From a bacterium (GTDB lineage Bacteria; UBA8248): DNA of 64,000 bases. The notes beneath the pieces are model-generated. The model was given only the letters and a program-made list of their open reading frames with translations. It searched no databases and had not been told where the DNA came from. Of this stretch, positions 47,707 to 57,697 are shown in pieces. The stretch covers positions 832,001 to 896,000 of the forward strand of contig OZ244799.1 in the NCBI GenBank assembly GCA_965219955.1, read 5' to 3'. A program made the position numbers and the translations under genes. Each line of letters opens with the position of its first letter. Positions within the stretch are counted from its first letter, which is position 1.

Positions 47707-48800
47707 TCGGCGAACACTCCTTCGGTCAGGCCCGCGGGGTCGGGCATCGGGCTTTTCAGCGCTTCATCGCGCGCGTCTTCGGCGTCTTTTCTCGCTTTAT
47801 CATGCGATTCGGTAACTTGTTCCTGCGTCATGACGCCGAACTCGATGAGCGCCTCGTCGAGCCGCTTGATGGGGTCGCGCTCGTTGGTCCACTTCTCGAA
47901 ATGCTCCATGTCCACGTAGTCGGCGAACTTGTCGTACACCGAATGGCCGGCGGCGCGCAGGGTGATGCTCTCGATGAGCGTGGGGCCGCCGCCCGCCCTC
48001 GCGCGCGCGAGCGCTTCTGAACACACGTGGTGCACCAGTGGCGCGTTCGTGCCGTCGATGAGAAAGCCGGGAAGCCCGTAGCCGGGCGCCTTCAGCACCA
48101 GGGCGTCGCATGCGTACTGATCGCTCAGCAGCGTCTTGTAGGCGTACTGGTTGTTGTCGATGATGATGACGAGGGGAAGCTTTCTCACGGCGGCGAAGTT
48201 CACCGCCTCGTGAAAATCGCCCGCGCTCGTGCCGCCGTCGCCGATGTAGTTGATGGTGGCCTCGCCCTTGCCGCGCGCCTTGGCCGCCCACGCCACGCCC
48301 GTCGCGATGGGCACCATGGTGCCGATGTGGCTGATCAATTGGGTGATGCGCTTGGGCCGGTAGCCCATGTGGAAATTCCCGTCGCGTCCGCCGGAGGGGC
48401 CGTCGGCGCGTCCGAAGAAATGCGACATGATGCTCCTGGGCGGATGACCCTTGGCGAGGTGCGCTCCACAGTTACGGTGCATGGGCACGAGCCATTCGTG
48501 ATCTTCGAGACACATCGCGCTCGCGACGCTCGCCCCCTCGTTCCCCCTTCCGAAAAAGGCGGTGCCGGGGATGTGGCCGGCGCGAAAGGCGGAATCGAGC
48601 GTCTCCTCGACAGCACGGGCGAGCGAGACGAGATAGTGCATCCGCTCCGCGGTTTCCTGGTCGGGGAGAATCTCTTTTTTGGTGAAACTCACCCAGCGCG
48701 CTTCCAGGCCGTCCACGGCGAGGTAGCGATCGGCGAGATCGGCATAAAAATCAAGGCCTGCCAACTCCTCGCGCGTGGCGAGGGGGTGATTCGCGTCCAT
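47703..48800 (-). CDS. 2-oxoacid dehydrogenase E1 alpha subunit
   Basis: GDG...DFHEA.N...NN TPP motif; R..GHS..D loop. Confidence 0.93.
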   Translation of the reverse strand: MDANHPLATREELAGLDFYADLADRYLAVDGLEARWVSFTKKEILPDQETAERMHYLVSLARAVEETLDSAFRAGHIPGTAFFGRGNEGASVASAMCLEDHEWLVPMHRNCGAHLAKGHPPRSIMSHFFGRADGPSGGRDGNFHMGYRPKRITQLISHIGTMVPIATGVAWAAKARGKGEATINYIGDGGTSAGDFHEAVNFAAVRKLPLVIIIDNNQYAYKTLLSDQYACDALVLKAPGYGLPGFLIDGTNAPLVHHVCSEALARARAGGGPTLIESITLRAAGHSVYDKFADYVDMEHFEKWTNERDPIKRLDEALIEFGVMTQEQVTESHDKARKDAEDARDEALKSPMPDPAGLTEGVFAE

Positions 48801-49058
48801 GCGGCTCTCCTTGCGCGTGACCGGAGAAAACGACAGACGTCGTGGTGCGTCTTCGGGGTCGTCTCCTGTTCTTCAGGCGATTAAACCATATTTCGCCCCG
48901 GAATGGATACAGCCTTTGAAACGCGCGCGCTTTGAATATAGAGTTGGCGTCCTGAGAACGAGAAGGGAATGGGCGCGCCTGCGCCGGAGCTTTCCAGCGG
49001 GGCGTGGGCGATGTCATGAGGCGGCGCAAGCCGGCCGGTATGAAAAAGTGAGGGAAAG

Positions 49059-49967
49059 ATGAGTCTTCTGGTGGTCGGTTCCATGGCGATAGATTCGGTG
49101 AAGACGCCCTTCGGCGCGCGCGAGGAGGCGGTGGGGGGGTCGGCCACCTATTTCTCGGTGGCGGCGAGCTATTTCTCGGACGTGCGGCTCGTGGCCGTGG
49201 TGGGAGCGGATTTTCCCGAAAATACACTCGAATTTCTGGAAGAGCGCAAAATCGACATATCGGGCATCGAGCGAAGCGACGGGGAGACGTTCCGCTGGCG
49301 CGGGGAGTACGGGTTCGACTTGAACACCGCCCACACGCTCGACACGCAGCTGAACGTCTTCGATAGCTTCTCGCCCAAATTGCCGGATAATTTTAAAGAC
49401 ACCGAGTTCGTCTTTCTGGCGAACATCGACCCCGAGCTTCAGGCCGAGGTCCTGGGCCAGGCGAACTCGCCCCGGCTCGTGGCGTGCGACACCATGAACT
49501 TCTGGATCGAGGGAAAGCGCGAAGAATTGCTCAAAACGCTTTCCCTGGTCGACCTGGTCGTCATCAACGATGCGGAGGCGCGCGCCCTCTCGGGTGAGGC
49601 GAACATCGCGCGCGCCGCGCGCTGTATCCGCGAAATAGGCCCAAAGACCCTGGTGGTGAAACAGGGCGAATACGGCGCGCTGCTCTTTCATGAAGGTGGC
49701 GTGTTCTCCGCCCCCGGGCTGCCGATTGAAGACGTCTGCGACCCCACGGGGGCGGGAGACAGCTTCGCCGGCGGCTTCATGGGTCATATCGCAGCCACGG
49801 GCGACCTGAGCGAGGCGGGAATGCGCCGGGCGGTCGTTTTCGGCAGCGTGATGGCGTCGTTCAACGTGGAATCGTTCAGCTACGACCGCATGCGCGCGCT
49901 CTCGGCGGAGGAGATCGACGCGCGCTACCGGGCGTTCAGCGAACTGGCCCACTTCGAGCGCCTCTGA
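49059..49967 (+). CDS. PfkB family carbohydrate/nucleoside kinase
   Basis: GGSA, NDAE, DPTGAGDSFAGG. Confidence 0.93.
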   Translation: MSLLVVGSMAIDSVKTPFGAREEAVGGSATYFSVAASYFSDVRLVAVVGADFPENTLEFLEERKIDISGIERSDGETFRWRGEYGFDLNTAHTLDTQLNVFDSFSPKLPDNFKDTEFVFLANIDPELQAEVLGQANSPRLVACDTMNFWIEGKREELLKTLSLVDLVVINDAEARALSGEANIARAARCIREIGPKTLVVKQGEYGALLFHEGGVFSAPGLPIEDVCDPTGAGDSFAGGFMGHIAATGDLSEAGMRRAVVFGSVMASFNVESFSYDRMRALSAEEIDARYRAFSELAHFERL

Positions 49968-49976
49968 GGCCGGCCG

Positions 49977-50564
49977 GTGTCGCTCAGGATCATCGGCGGC
50001 GCGGCCAGGAGCCGGAGGATCCCCTCGCCCGGGGAAGAGGGCGTGCGGCCCACGGGTGACCGCGTGCGCGAGGCGCTGTTCAACATCTGGGGAGACGCGG
50101 TCGCCGGCGCTCACGTGCTCGATTTGTGCGCGGGCTCGGGCGCGATATCGCTCGAGTCGCTCAGCCGGGGCGCGGCAGGCGTGGTTGCAATAGAGAATCG
50201 CCCGCGGCTTTGCGCGGCGATGCGCAAAAACGCCGAAACTCTCGGCCTGGCGGAAGGTTTCGATGTGCTCTGTGCGGACGTGATCCGCGAGATCGGGCGC
50301 ATCCGGGCGCAGGGCTTGCGCCGGTTCGAGTTTGCCTTCGCCGATCCGCCCTGGCGCGAAGAGGGGTTGCGGCAAGAGTTGCTCGATGCCGTCTTTTTGC
50401 CCGAACCGATTTGCGCGCAGTTGGTCATGGAAGCGCCCCGGGGCGGTGAGGCGAAAAGCGAAGTGGGCGAGGCGAGACTCGTGCGCGAGAGGCGCTACGG
50501 CGATACGTGTTTGCTCTTCTACGAGGCGGGATCGGCGTGGGTATCGGGTGATGCCGGCGAATGA
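49977..50564 (+). CDS. rsmD: 16S rRNA m2G966 methyltransferase
   Basis: RIIGG, RPTGDRVREALFN, DLCAGSG, DPPW, YGDT. Confidence 0.9.
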   Translation: MSLRIIGGAARSRRIPSPGEEGVRPTGDRVREALFNIWGDAVAGAHVLDLCAGSGAISLESLSRGAAGVVAIENRPRLCAAMRKNAETLGLAEGFDVLCADVIREIGRIRAQGLRRFEFAFADPPWREEGLRQELLDAVFLPEPICAQLVMEAPRGGEAKSEVGEARLVRERRYGDTCLLFYEAGSAWVSGDAGE

Positions 50565-50679
50565 AAATAGAAATTCTGATGGCGTGATGCAATGCGAAAT
50601 CGGGATTTCGTCGGTAAAACTTGTGCAAAAACAATGCTTAAAACGAAAACGCAAGGCTCGATGGGGCGAAAATTTAGTG

Positions 50680-50813
50680 TATGTTATTGATATCATTAGC
50701 GTTAGAAGGTTTGCCCAAAATTGTGTCAATATGTTTTAAGTGACGGAAAATAGGGGGTTTAGAGGCCCTCCCAACAGACTTATCCACAGCTTATTCACGG
50801 ATTCTGTGGGCAA
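50680..50813. promoter_or_regulatory. DnaA-box cluster with IHF-like site (DARS-like)
   Basis: TTATCCACA-gc-TTATTCACG-gattc-TGTGGGCAA at 50780-50813; TATGTTATTGATA at 50680-50692; AT-rich context. Confidence 0.65.
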
Positions 50814-50848
50814 AAATTACGGAAACTTTATGTTCAGGGGAAAGAGAA

Positions 50849-51610
50849 TTGCCACAACTATTTGATTTAAGCGGAAAGAGGGCTTTGGTCACAGGAGGCG
50901 GCACGGGACTCGGGCGCGCGATGGCCCATGCGCTGGCCGAGGCGGGGGCCGACGTCGCCCTGGCGGCGAGGCGAAAGGAAAAGCTCGAGGAGGCGGCTGA
51001 GGAGATTCGCGCCCTGGGCCGCTCGGCCCACGCCGTCGCCTGCGACCTGACGGAGCCCGGCTCCATACGCGAAGCGGCGCGCGAGGCGGAAGACGCGCTG
51101 GGGGCCATCGACGTTCTGGTGAACAACAGCGGCGTGAGCGGGGAGGGCTGGGCCACCGATCTGCCGATTGAGCGGTGGGACCAGGTGCTGGAGACGAACC
51201 TCAGGGGCGCGTTCCTGATGTGCCAGGCGGTGGCGCCCGGCATGATCGAGCGCGGCGGCGGGGCGATCGTGAACGTGGCTTCCGTCGCGGGCTTCATCGG
51301 CGTGAAGATGCTCTCCGCCTATTCGGCGAGCAAGGGCGGCCTGATCCAGCTCACCAAGACGCTCGCGCTCGAATGGGCGAAAACGGGGGTGCGCGTGAAC
51401 GCCCTGGCGCCCGGGTATTTCCTGACCGACATCAACAGCAAGTTTTTCGCGTCCGAAGCGGGGGAGAGGATGATCAAGGCCCACATCCCGATGGGAAGGA
51501 CCGGCCGGCCCGAGGAGCTCAAGGGCGCGATCCTCTTCCTGGCGAGCGACGCTTCGAGCTTCATGACGGGCGCGGCCCTGGTGGTGGACGGCGGACAGTA
51601 CGCGCAGTAA
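50849..51610 (+). CDS. SDR oxidoreductase (KduD/gluconate 5-dehydrogenase-like)
   Basis: TGGGTGLG, NNSG, YSASK, PGYF.T. Confidence 0.92.
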   Translation: MPQLFDLSGKRALVTGGGTGLGRAMAHALAEAGADVALAARRKEKLEEAAEEIRALGRSAHAVACDLTEPGSIREAAREAEDALGAIDVLVNNSGVSGEGWATDLPIERWDQVLETNLRGAFLMCQAVAPGMIERGGGAIVNVASVAGFIGVKMLSAYSASKGGLIQLTKTLALEWAKTGVRVNALAPGYFLTDINSKFFASEAGERMIKAHIPMGRTGRPEELKGAILFLASDASSFMTGAALVVDGGQYAQ

Positions 51611-51802
51611 GGGTTGTTGAAAAATCCTATCCGCCTCATCCTGAGTAGCGGCGGAGCCGCGTATCGAAGGATGCCCTCTCGCCAAGCCCGAGGCGTTCGC
51701 CCCCCCCGCCCTTCGATACGCCGCCTTCGGCGGCTACTCAGGGTGAGGAAATAGGTGTTGACGGTTTGCGGGGGTTGCAGACGGGGCTTTTTCGACAACC
51801 CC
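51610..51802. mobile_element. MITE-like element E (R1 cargo)
   Basis: AGGGTTGTTGAAAAA ... TTTTTCGACAACCCC directly at the SDR stop codon; internal R1 inverted pair. Confidence 0.78.
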
Positions 51803-52170
51803 GATTCATGTGAGATTCAGTCTTGGTGTTGGGGGCGTTGATCCCGGAAATCGAAAAAAACGAAAAAAGGGACTTGACCTCGTCGCGCGCTTGACCCATA
51901 AGATCGGTGTTGCTTTTGCGGGGACTTGCGTGATCTCCGCCCATAGAGTCACGCAATCTCGCGTCTGATGGATCGATATGGAGTATTGATTCGATGAGGC
52001 ATCAGGATCGCAGGAGGTCCTGGGGCGTGTTCAAGACGCCCCGCCATCCACTGGCTTCTTAGGAAACCAGCGCGTTCACCCGTCTTGCGCGCAAGCGCCC
52101 CATCACTCCCTAAAACCCGGCGTTCCGCTCAAGGCGCACATTCACGAAAACATAGAAATTCCTGAGGAGC

Positions 52171-53814
52171 ATGGAACCCATGGCGAGACAAGCCACGGCA
52201 GTACGAAAGAAACCATCCAGAGGCAGGGCCTCGAACAGAATCCGTATTTTCGACACCACGCTCAGGGACGGGGAGCAGTCGCCCGGCTGCAGCATGGACC
52301 ATTTCCAGAAGGTGCAGATGGCGCTTCAGCTCGAAAAACTGGGCGTGGACATCATCGAAGCCGGTTTTCCCATCGCGTCGAACGACGAGTTCGAATCGGT
52401 GCGCGACGTGGCCAAGGCGGTTACGAAGACAAGCGTCGCAGGCCTTTCGCGCTCGGCGCGCGAGGACATCGACCGCTGCTGGGAGGCGGTGCGCCACGCG
52501 AAAAAACCCAGAATCCACACCTTCATCGCCACGTCGGACATTCACCTCAAGCACAAGCTCAAGATGACGCGCGCGGCGCTCCTGAAGGAGATCGCCGCCT
52601 CGGTGCGCCATGCGCGAAAACTCTGCAAGGACGTGGAGTGGAGTGCTGAGGACGCGACGCGCTCGGATTGGGATTTCCTGGCCGAGACGGTGAAGATAGC
52701 CATCGAGGAGGGGGCGACGACCATCAACCTCCCCGACACGGTGGGCTACATCATCCCGAGCGAGTTCAAGCGCTTCTGGGAGCACATCTTCGAAAAGGTG
52801 CCGAGCTATGACGAGGTGGTCTTCAGCGCGCACTGCCACGACGATCTGGGCCTCGCGGTGGCGAACAGCATCGTGGCTATCGAATCCGGCGTGCGGCAGG
52901 TGGAGTGCACCATCAACGGCATCGGCGAGCGGGCGGGCAACGCCTCGCTCGAGGAGTTCGTGATGGCCATCGCCACGCGCAAGGATGAGCTCAACTACAA
53001 ATCGGGTATCAAGACGCGCGAGATCTACCCCACGAGCAGGCTCCTGACCTCCATGACGGGCGTGCCCGTACAGCCCAACAAGGCGGTGGTGGGCAAGAAC
53101 GCCTTCGCGCACGAGGCGGGCATCCACCAGCACGGGGTGATCTCGAAGGCCATCACGTATGAGATCATGACGCCAAAGTCGGTGGGCAGGCCCTCGAACA
53201 CGCTCGTTCTCGGCAAGCACTCGGGGCGCGCGGGCTTGAGGAAGCGCTACGAGCAGCTGGGCTTCAAGATGTCGCGCGAGGACATCACGGCCATCTACCC
53301 GCGCTTCATCGACCTGGCCGACAAGAAAAAAGAGGTCTACGACGAGGACTTGATCGCGCTCTTGCAGCAAAACCGCGCCGAGGGCGGGGAGAACTACTAC
53401 AGCATCGAGTTCCTGCAGGTCACCTCCTCCACGGGCACGCAGCCGGCCTCCACGGCCACGGTGCGGATCCGCCAGGGCGAGGAGGAGTTCTCCGAAGTGA
53501 GCCAGGGCAACGGCCCCGTGGACGCGGCCATCAACGCCATCTGCCGTGTGGTGGGCATCGAATGCCGCCTGGCGGATTTCTCGGTCAACGCCGTCACGCG
53601 GGGTCGCGACGCGCTCGCCGAGGTGAACATCATGGTGGAGTTCGAGGGCGACTTGCAGATAGCGGGCCACGCCACGAGCCCCGACACGGTCGAGGCGGGC
53701 GCCAAGGCCTTCGTGAACGCGGTGAACAAGTTCAAGCTCACCGAAGACATGCGCAAACCCAAGGGCAGGGGGCGCAAGGCGAAAGCGCCCGCCGAGCGCC
53801 CGCGCGGCATTTGA
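52171..53814 (+). CDS. leuA: 2-isopropylmalate synthase
   Basis: FDTTLRDGEQ, HCHDD, GERAGN, AHEAGIHQ, GKHSG, regulatory GNGPVDA. Confidence 0.95.
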   Translation: MEPMARQATAVRKKPSRGRASNRIRIFDTTLRDGEQSPGCSMDHFQKVQMALQLEKLGVDIIEAGFPIASNDEFESVRDVAKAVTKTSVAGLSRSAREDIDRCWEAVRHAKKPRIHTFIATSDIHLKHKLKMTRAALLKEIAASVRHARKLCKDVEWSAEDATRSDWDFLAETVKIAIEEGATTINLPDTVGYIIPSEFKRFWEHIFEKVPSYDEVVFSAHCHDDLGLAVANSIVAIESGVRQVECTINGIGERAGNASLEEFVMAIATRKDELNYKSGIKTREIYPTSRLLTSMTGVPVQPNKAVVGKNAFAHEAGIHQHGVISKAITYEIMTPKSVGRPSNTLVLGKHSGRAGLRKRYEQLGFKMSREDITAIYPRFIDLADKKKEVYDEDLIALLQQNRAEGGENYYSIEFLQVTSSTGTQPASTATVRIRQGEEEFSEVSQGNGPVDAAINAICRVVGIECRLADFSVNAVTRGRDALAEVNIMVEFEGDLQIAGHATSPDTVEAGAKAFVNAVNKFKLTEDMRKPKGRGRKAKAPAERPRGI

Positions 53815-53823
53815 CTTAGAATC

Positions 53824-53860
53824 GGGGCGGTCCTCTCCGGGGGGCCGCCCCGCGATTTTT
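53824..53860 (+). terminator. Probable terminator
   Basis: GGGGCGGTCCTC-tccg-GGGGGCCGCCCC followed by a T-run. Confidence 0.55.
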
Positions 53861-53883
53861 GCGCGAGGCGGCATAGTCGTGAT

Positions 53884-53981
53884 GTAGGGGCGGACCGATG
53901 TGTCCGCCCGCAGCAAGTCTGTATGGTTGAATTACATGCCGGGCGAACACGCAGGCGGCGGGCATATATGCCCGACCCTGC
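53884..53981. repeat. GTAG-type REP composite
   Basis: GTAGGGGCGGACCGATGTGTCCGCCC ... GGGCGAACAC ... CGGGCATATATGCCCG. Confidence 0.6.
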
Positions 53982-54027
53982 GGAACCATACGCTCCCTTG
54001 TCCACCAGCCATCAAGGAGATTCCTCC

Positions 54028-55401
54028 ATGACATATCCGGCCACAAGAGAGCTGGCGAAACGAATCGCGGCGGTTCACGCCTCGGATATCGGCGATGCGG
54101 CCCGCGCTGGGGCGCGAAACGCCGTTCTCGACACGCTGGGCGTGATTCTGGCGGGCCGGGAGGATGATTGCGCGCGGCTGGCGCATCGGCTGGCGGCGTC
54201 TGAGGGCGGCGCTCCCGTCGCTCGCCTGATCGGCACGGAGGAGCGCACGAGCGCCTCCTGGGCCGCCTTCGTGAACGGAACGGCGGGCCATGCGCTCGAT
54301 TACGACGACGTGGATTTCGTGATGCTGGGCCACCCGAGCGTCACCCTGGTTCCCGCCCTCATCGCGCTGGCCGAGGAGCGCGGCATCGGCGGCGCGCGGG
54401 TTCTGGAAGCCTATACGGTCGGTTTCGAACTCTTGCACGTTCTGGGCCGCGCGGTGAACCCCCGCCACTACCGCCGGGGCTTTCACGCCACGGCCACGTT
54501 GGGATCCGTCGGCGTGGCGGGCGCCTGCGCGTATCTGCTGGGACTGGACGAGGAGCAGACGCGGAACGCCCTGAGCCTGGGCGCCAGCGGCTCGGCGGGA
54601 CTGGTGTCGAACTTCGGCACGATGACGAAGCCCTTGCACGCGGGCCAGTCCGCGCGGGCGGGCCTCGTGGCGGCGAAACTCGCCGAGGACGGCTTCACGG
54701 CGGCTGAGGATACGCTGGAGACGGGCTTCACGGCGGCCATGGCGGCGGAGGAAATCGGCCCCACGGCGTATGAGTTCGCGGACTGGGAGGGCGCGGTCGC
54801 TCCCTGGGGGCGGCCCTGGGACATCGAGGAGGGCGTCTGCGTGAAGATCCACCCCTGCTGCGCGATGACGCATCCGGGCATCGACGCCATGCTCGACCTG
54901 GTGAATGAAGAAGACATCGCGGTCGCCGACGTGGCGGCCCTCGGCGCGCGCGCCTCGACCATGACGCTGAAAGTCCTGCGCTACAAGGAGGCGACCACGG
55001 GTCTCGAGGGAAAATTCTCCATGCCGTTCTGCATTGCCTCGGCCTTGGTGGACCGCAAGGTCGGCATCCGCCAGTTCGAGGAAGACAGCGTGCAGCGGCC
55101 CGAGATAGCCGCCCTGCAGAAGCGCGTGGCGTTCGAGCTGGATGAGGAGATGGCGCGCGAGGACCCGGAAACAGAGGCGGCCCAAGTCTGGGTCAAGCTC
55201 AACGACGGCCGCGAACTCACTCGCTTTTTCCCCCGCGCGCGCGGCCACGTCGAAAACCCCCTGACCGAACTCGAGCTCCAGGAAAAGTTTTTAGAGTGCG
55301 CCGCAGGCCTCACCGAAGGGAAGGCACGCGCCGCCTGGGACGCCTGGCGTCGGCTCGACGAGGCGGAGGATATCACCCGTCTCACCGCCATGCTCTCATA
55401 G
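54028..55401 (+). CDS. MmgE/PrpD family protein
   Basis: GHALDYDD, GHPS, RGFH, TKPLHAG, KIHPCC; AAGGAG RBS. Confidence 0.92.
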   Translation: MTYPATRELAKRIAAVHASDIGDAARAGARNAVLDTLGVILAGREDDCARLAHRLAASEGGAPVARLIGTEERTSASWAAFVNGTAGHALDYDDVDFVMLGHPSVTLVPALIALAEERGIGGARVLEAYTVGFELLHVLGRAVNPRHYRRGFHATATLGSVGVAGACAYLLGLDEEQTRNALSLGASGSAGLVSNFGTMTKPLHAGQSARAGLVAAKLAEDGFTAAEDTLETGFTAAMAAEEIGPTAYEFADWEGAVAPWGRPWDIEEGVCVKIHPCCAMTHPGIDAMLDLVNEEDIAVADVAALGARASTMTLKVLRYKEATTGLEGKFSMPFCIASALVDRKVGIRQFEEDSVQRPEIAALQKRVAFELDEEMAREDPETEAAQVWVKLNDGRELTRFFPRARGHVENPLTELELQEKFLECAAGLTEGKARAAWDAWRRLDEAEDITRLTAMLS

Positions 55402-55433
55402 GGGTTGATTGAGTTTAGCGGACTGGTCCGTAG

Positions 55434-55804
55434 GGCGCTGTTGAAAAAGCCGTCCTTGGTTGGAATTGACCACCGCCGTCATTCCGGCGAAAGCCGGAAT
55501 CCATTTTCAAGCAGAATGACAATACGCCGGCTTTTCATCTCCTCGTCATCGGCGCGAATCGATCAGAAAAGAAAAAACAAAGGCAAAACGAATGGATTCC
55601 GGCTTTCGCCGGAATGACGAACAAAACCGCACCCCCTCATCCTGAGTAGCGGCCCCTCGACTTCGCTCGGGGCAGGCTCCGCCCCCCCCACCTTCCTATC
55701 CTGAGTAGCCGCCGAAGGCGGCGTATCGAAGGGCGCATGTCCGTCCCTCGATACGGCGCGCAAGCGCGCCTACTCGGGATGAGGAGGGCTTTTTCAACAC
55801 CCCC
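55434..55804. mobile_element. MITE-like element F (R2 plus R1 cargo), GTAG target duplication
   Basis: GTAG|GGCGCTGTTGAAAAA ... TTTTTCAACACCCCC|GTAG; adjoins the REP GTAGGGGCGGTTCGCCAACCGCCCCTAC. Confidence 0.82.
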
Positions 55805-55832
55805 GTAGGGGCGGTTCGCCAACCGCCCCTAC
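55805..55832. repeat. GTAG-type REP hairpin
   Basis: GTAGGGGCGGTT-cgcc-AACCGCCCCTAC, a perfect stem. Confidence 0.8.
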
Positions 55833-56023
55833 AATCTCGATTCCCCCTGTAGCCTGCTTTGCAGTTGCTCGTCGTTCCGGTCTGCGCCGGAGCGGCGGTG
55901 ACGTTTGCCGCATGGGTCGAGACAAAGCCTCATTCTCCGGAGGGGACTCACAACCTTGCAGCCGGGTGGCGCGGGTAATAGAATCATCACGCCGCCGAAG
56001 AACGCACTCTCAGGAGACCGATT

Positions 56024-57340
56024 ATGAAACGCAGGGATTTTCTTCTGGCGTTGGCGGCGACGGCGCTGGCCCCCGCGAGCGGATGGGCGGCGCCCGCAGG
56101 TTTCCGTCTCAAGGCCGAGCCCGTCACCGCCCGTCTCCTGCCTGAGGGGCAAGGGGTGACGCGGATGCTCGGGTTCAACGGGTCGACGCCGGGCCCCGAA
56201 ATCCGCGCCCGCCAGGGCGGCCGGATAGCCGTCGCCTTCGAGAACGGAATCGACAGCGCTTCCGCCATCCACTGGCACGGCATCCATATCGACAACGCGA
56301 TGGACGGGGTGCCGGGCCTCACCCAGGCGGCGGTCGAGCCGGGCGAAATGTTCGACTACGCCTTCGACGTATCCCATCCCGGCACCTACTGGTACCACTC
56401 GCACGAGCGCTCCTGGGAGCAGGTGGCGAAGGGACTCTACGGCCCTCTGATCATCGAGGAGCGCGACCCCCCGCGCGTCGACCGCGACATCATGGTGATT
56501 ATCGACGACTGGCGCCTCACGCGCGGCGGCGAATTGCGCGCAAACTTCGGCAACCGGCACGACTTCTCCCATGACGGGCGGATCGGCAACTTCGCGCGCG
56601 CGCTCGTCTCGCGCGAAGCGGTAAGGCGCGGCGACCGGGTTCGCCTGCGGCTGATCAACACGGCGACGGCCCGGATTTTCCCGGTGCGGATCTCGGGCGG
56701 CGCGGGCAAGGTCGTGGCGCATGACGGCATGCCGCTCGCGACGCCCGAGCCGCTCGGCGAACTCGTCCTCGCCCCCGCGCAGCGGACCGACGTCATCCTC
56801 GACGTGGCGGAGCCCGTCACCTTCGCCATGTTGATTCGGGAGGGAGCCTACGAACTCGGCAAAATAGAGGCGGAAGGCGCGAACCCCGCGCCCGTCAAAA
56901 CCCCGATCGCGCCGCTTCCGCCGCACGCCGCCCCGGCGCCCGATCGCAAAAGGGCGCGGCGGCTGACGCTCGCCATGCAGGGCGGCGCGATGAGCCGGAT
57001 GGGCATGACGGGCATGATGCGCGGCGGGGATTTCTGGGCCTTCAACGGCCGCTCCGGCTTGCCGCGCGCGCCCTGGCAGCGCTTCGAGCGCGGCGAGACG
57101 GCGCTGATCACGATGCGCAACGACACCGCTTTCCCGCACGGCATCCACATCCACGGCCACCACTTCCACGAACTCGACGAGAACGGCGCGCCCGGCCATT
57201 ACCGCGACACCACCCTGGTCGACCCGCGCCGGCGGCGGGACGTCCTCTGCGTGTTCGACAACCCCGGCAAGTGGCTGATCCACTGCCACACGCTGGCCCA
57301 CCAGGCGTCGGGCATGAAGACCTGGGTCGAGGTCGTTTGA
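56024..57340 (+). CDS. Multicopper oxidase, Tat-exported
   Basis: KRRDFL, HWHG, WYHSH, HGIHIHGH, HCHTLAH...GM. Confidence 0.95.
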   Translation: MKRRDFLLALAATALAPASGWAAPAGFRLKAEPVTARLLPEGQGVTRMLGFNGSTPGPEIRARQGGRIAVAFENGIDSASAIHWHGIHIDNAMDGVPGLTQAAVEPGEMFDYAFDVSHPGTYWYHSHERSWEQVAKGLYGPLIIEERDPPRVDRDIMVIIDDWRLTRGGELRANFGNRHDFSHDGRIGNFARALVSREAVRRGDRVRLRLINTATARIFPVRISGGAGKVVAHDGMPLATPEPLGELVLAPAQRTDVILDVAEPVTFAMLIREGAYELGKIEAEGANPAPVKTPIAPLPPHAAPAPDRKRARRLTLAMQGGAMSRMGMTGMMRGGDFWAFNGRSGLPRAPWQRFERGETALITMRNDTAFPHGIHIHGHHFHELDENGAPGHYRDTTLVDPRRRRDVLCVFDNPGKWLIHCHTLAHQASGMKTWVEVV

Positions 57341-57489
57341 CGCGGATACCGCCGGCAATAGCGTTCGCCGCGGAATCGAGTCATTCCGGCCTGCGCCGGA
57401 TGAGGGTGAACTCACCGCATTGCCAGCGGAGCCGGGCGCGGAAAGCGAGTCCCGCGTAGGTATTTCAGCGTGGGGACGAACCCCTCCTC

Positions 57490-57650
57490 CAGGTCGTTGA
57501 AAAAGCCCCTGCAAGGGGGTGGGATGTGTGGGGGTCGCATACATGCGACCCTGATTTTTTGCGCCTCCCGCGAACGGGCCGCATGTATGCGGCCCCTGCA
57601 TATGCCCTCGAACGGCGACCGTAGGGGGACAGGTCGCGACCTGTCCCTAC
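57490..57650. mobile_element. Left TIR plus GTAG-type REP array (partial or nested MITE)
   Basis: CAGGTCGTTGAAAAA, GGGTCGCATACATGCGACCC, GGGCCGCATGTATGCGGCCC, GTAGGGGGACAGGTCGCGACCTGTCCCTAC. Confidence 0.6.
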
Positions 57651-57697
57651 ACCCTTCTCGGAAGAATCCTTCTTCGGGCAGCAAACTCTCCCTCATC

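Noticed and set aside
50565-50848. Chromosomal origin oriC
   Set aside because: There are only three clear boxes and no dnaA, dnaN, gidA or parAB nearby. The arrangement fits a DARS-like site better, although oriC is not excluded.
51960-52170. Leucine attenuator or leader peptide upstream of leuA
   Set aside because: The short ORFs (MRHQDRRRSWGVFKTPRHPLAS, MDRYGVLIR) lack Leu runs, and there is no U-tailed terminator or T-box. Only an isolated hairpin is present.
55945-55985. CueR/MerR operator upstream of the multicopper oxidase (ACCTTGC..GCGGGT)
   Set aside because: The dyad and spacing are too degenerate, and there is no clear -35.
44414-57601. Long antisense ORFs (44414-46492+, 49014-50729-, 52129-53916-, 55829-57601-)
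   Set aside because: They are shadows of high-GC genes on the opposite strand with no recognisable motifs.
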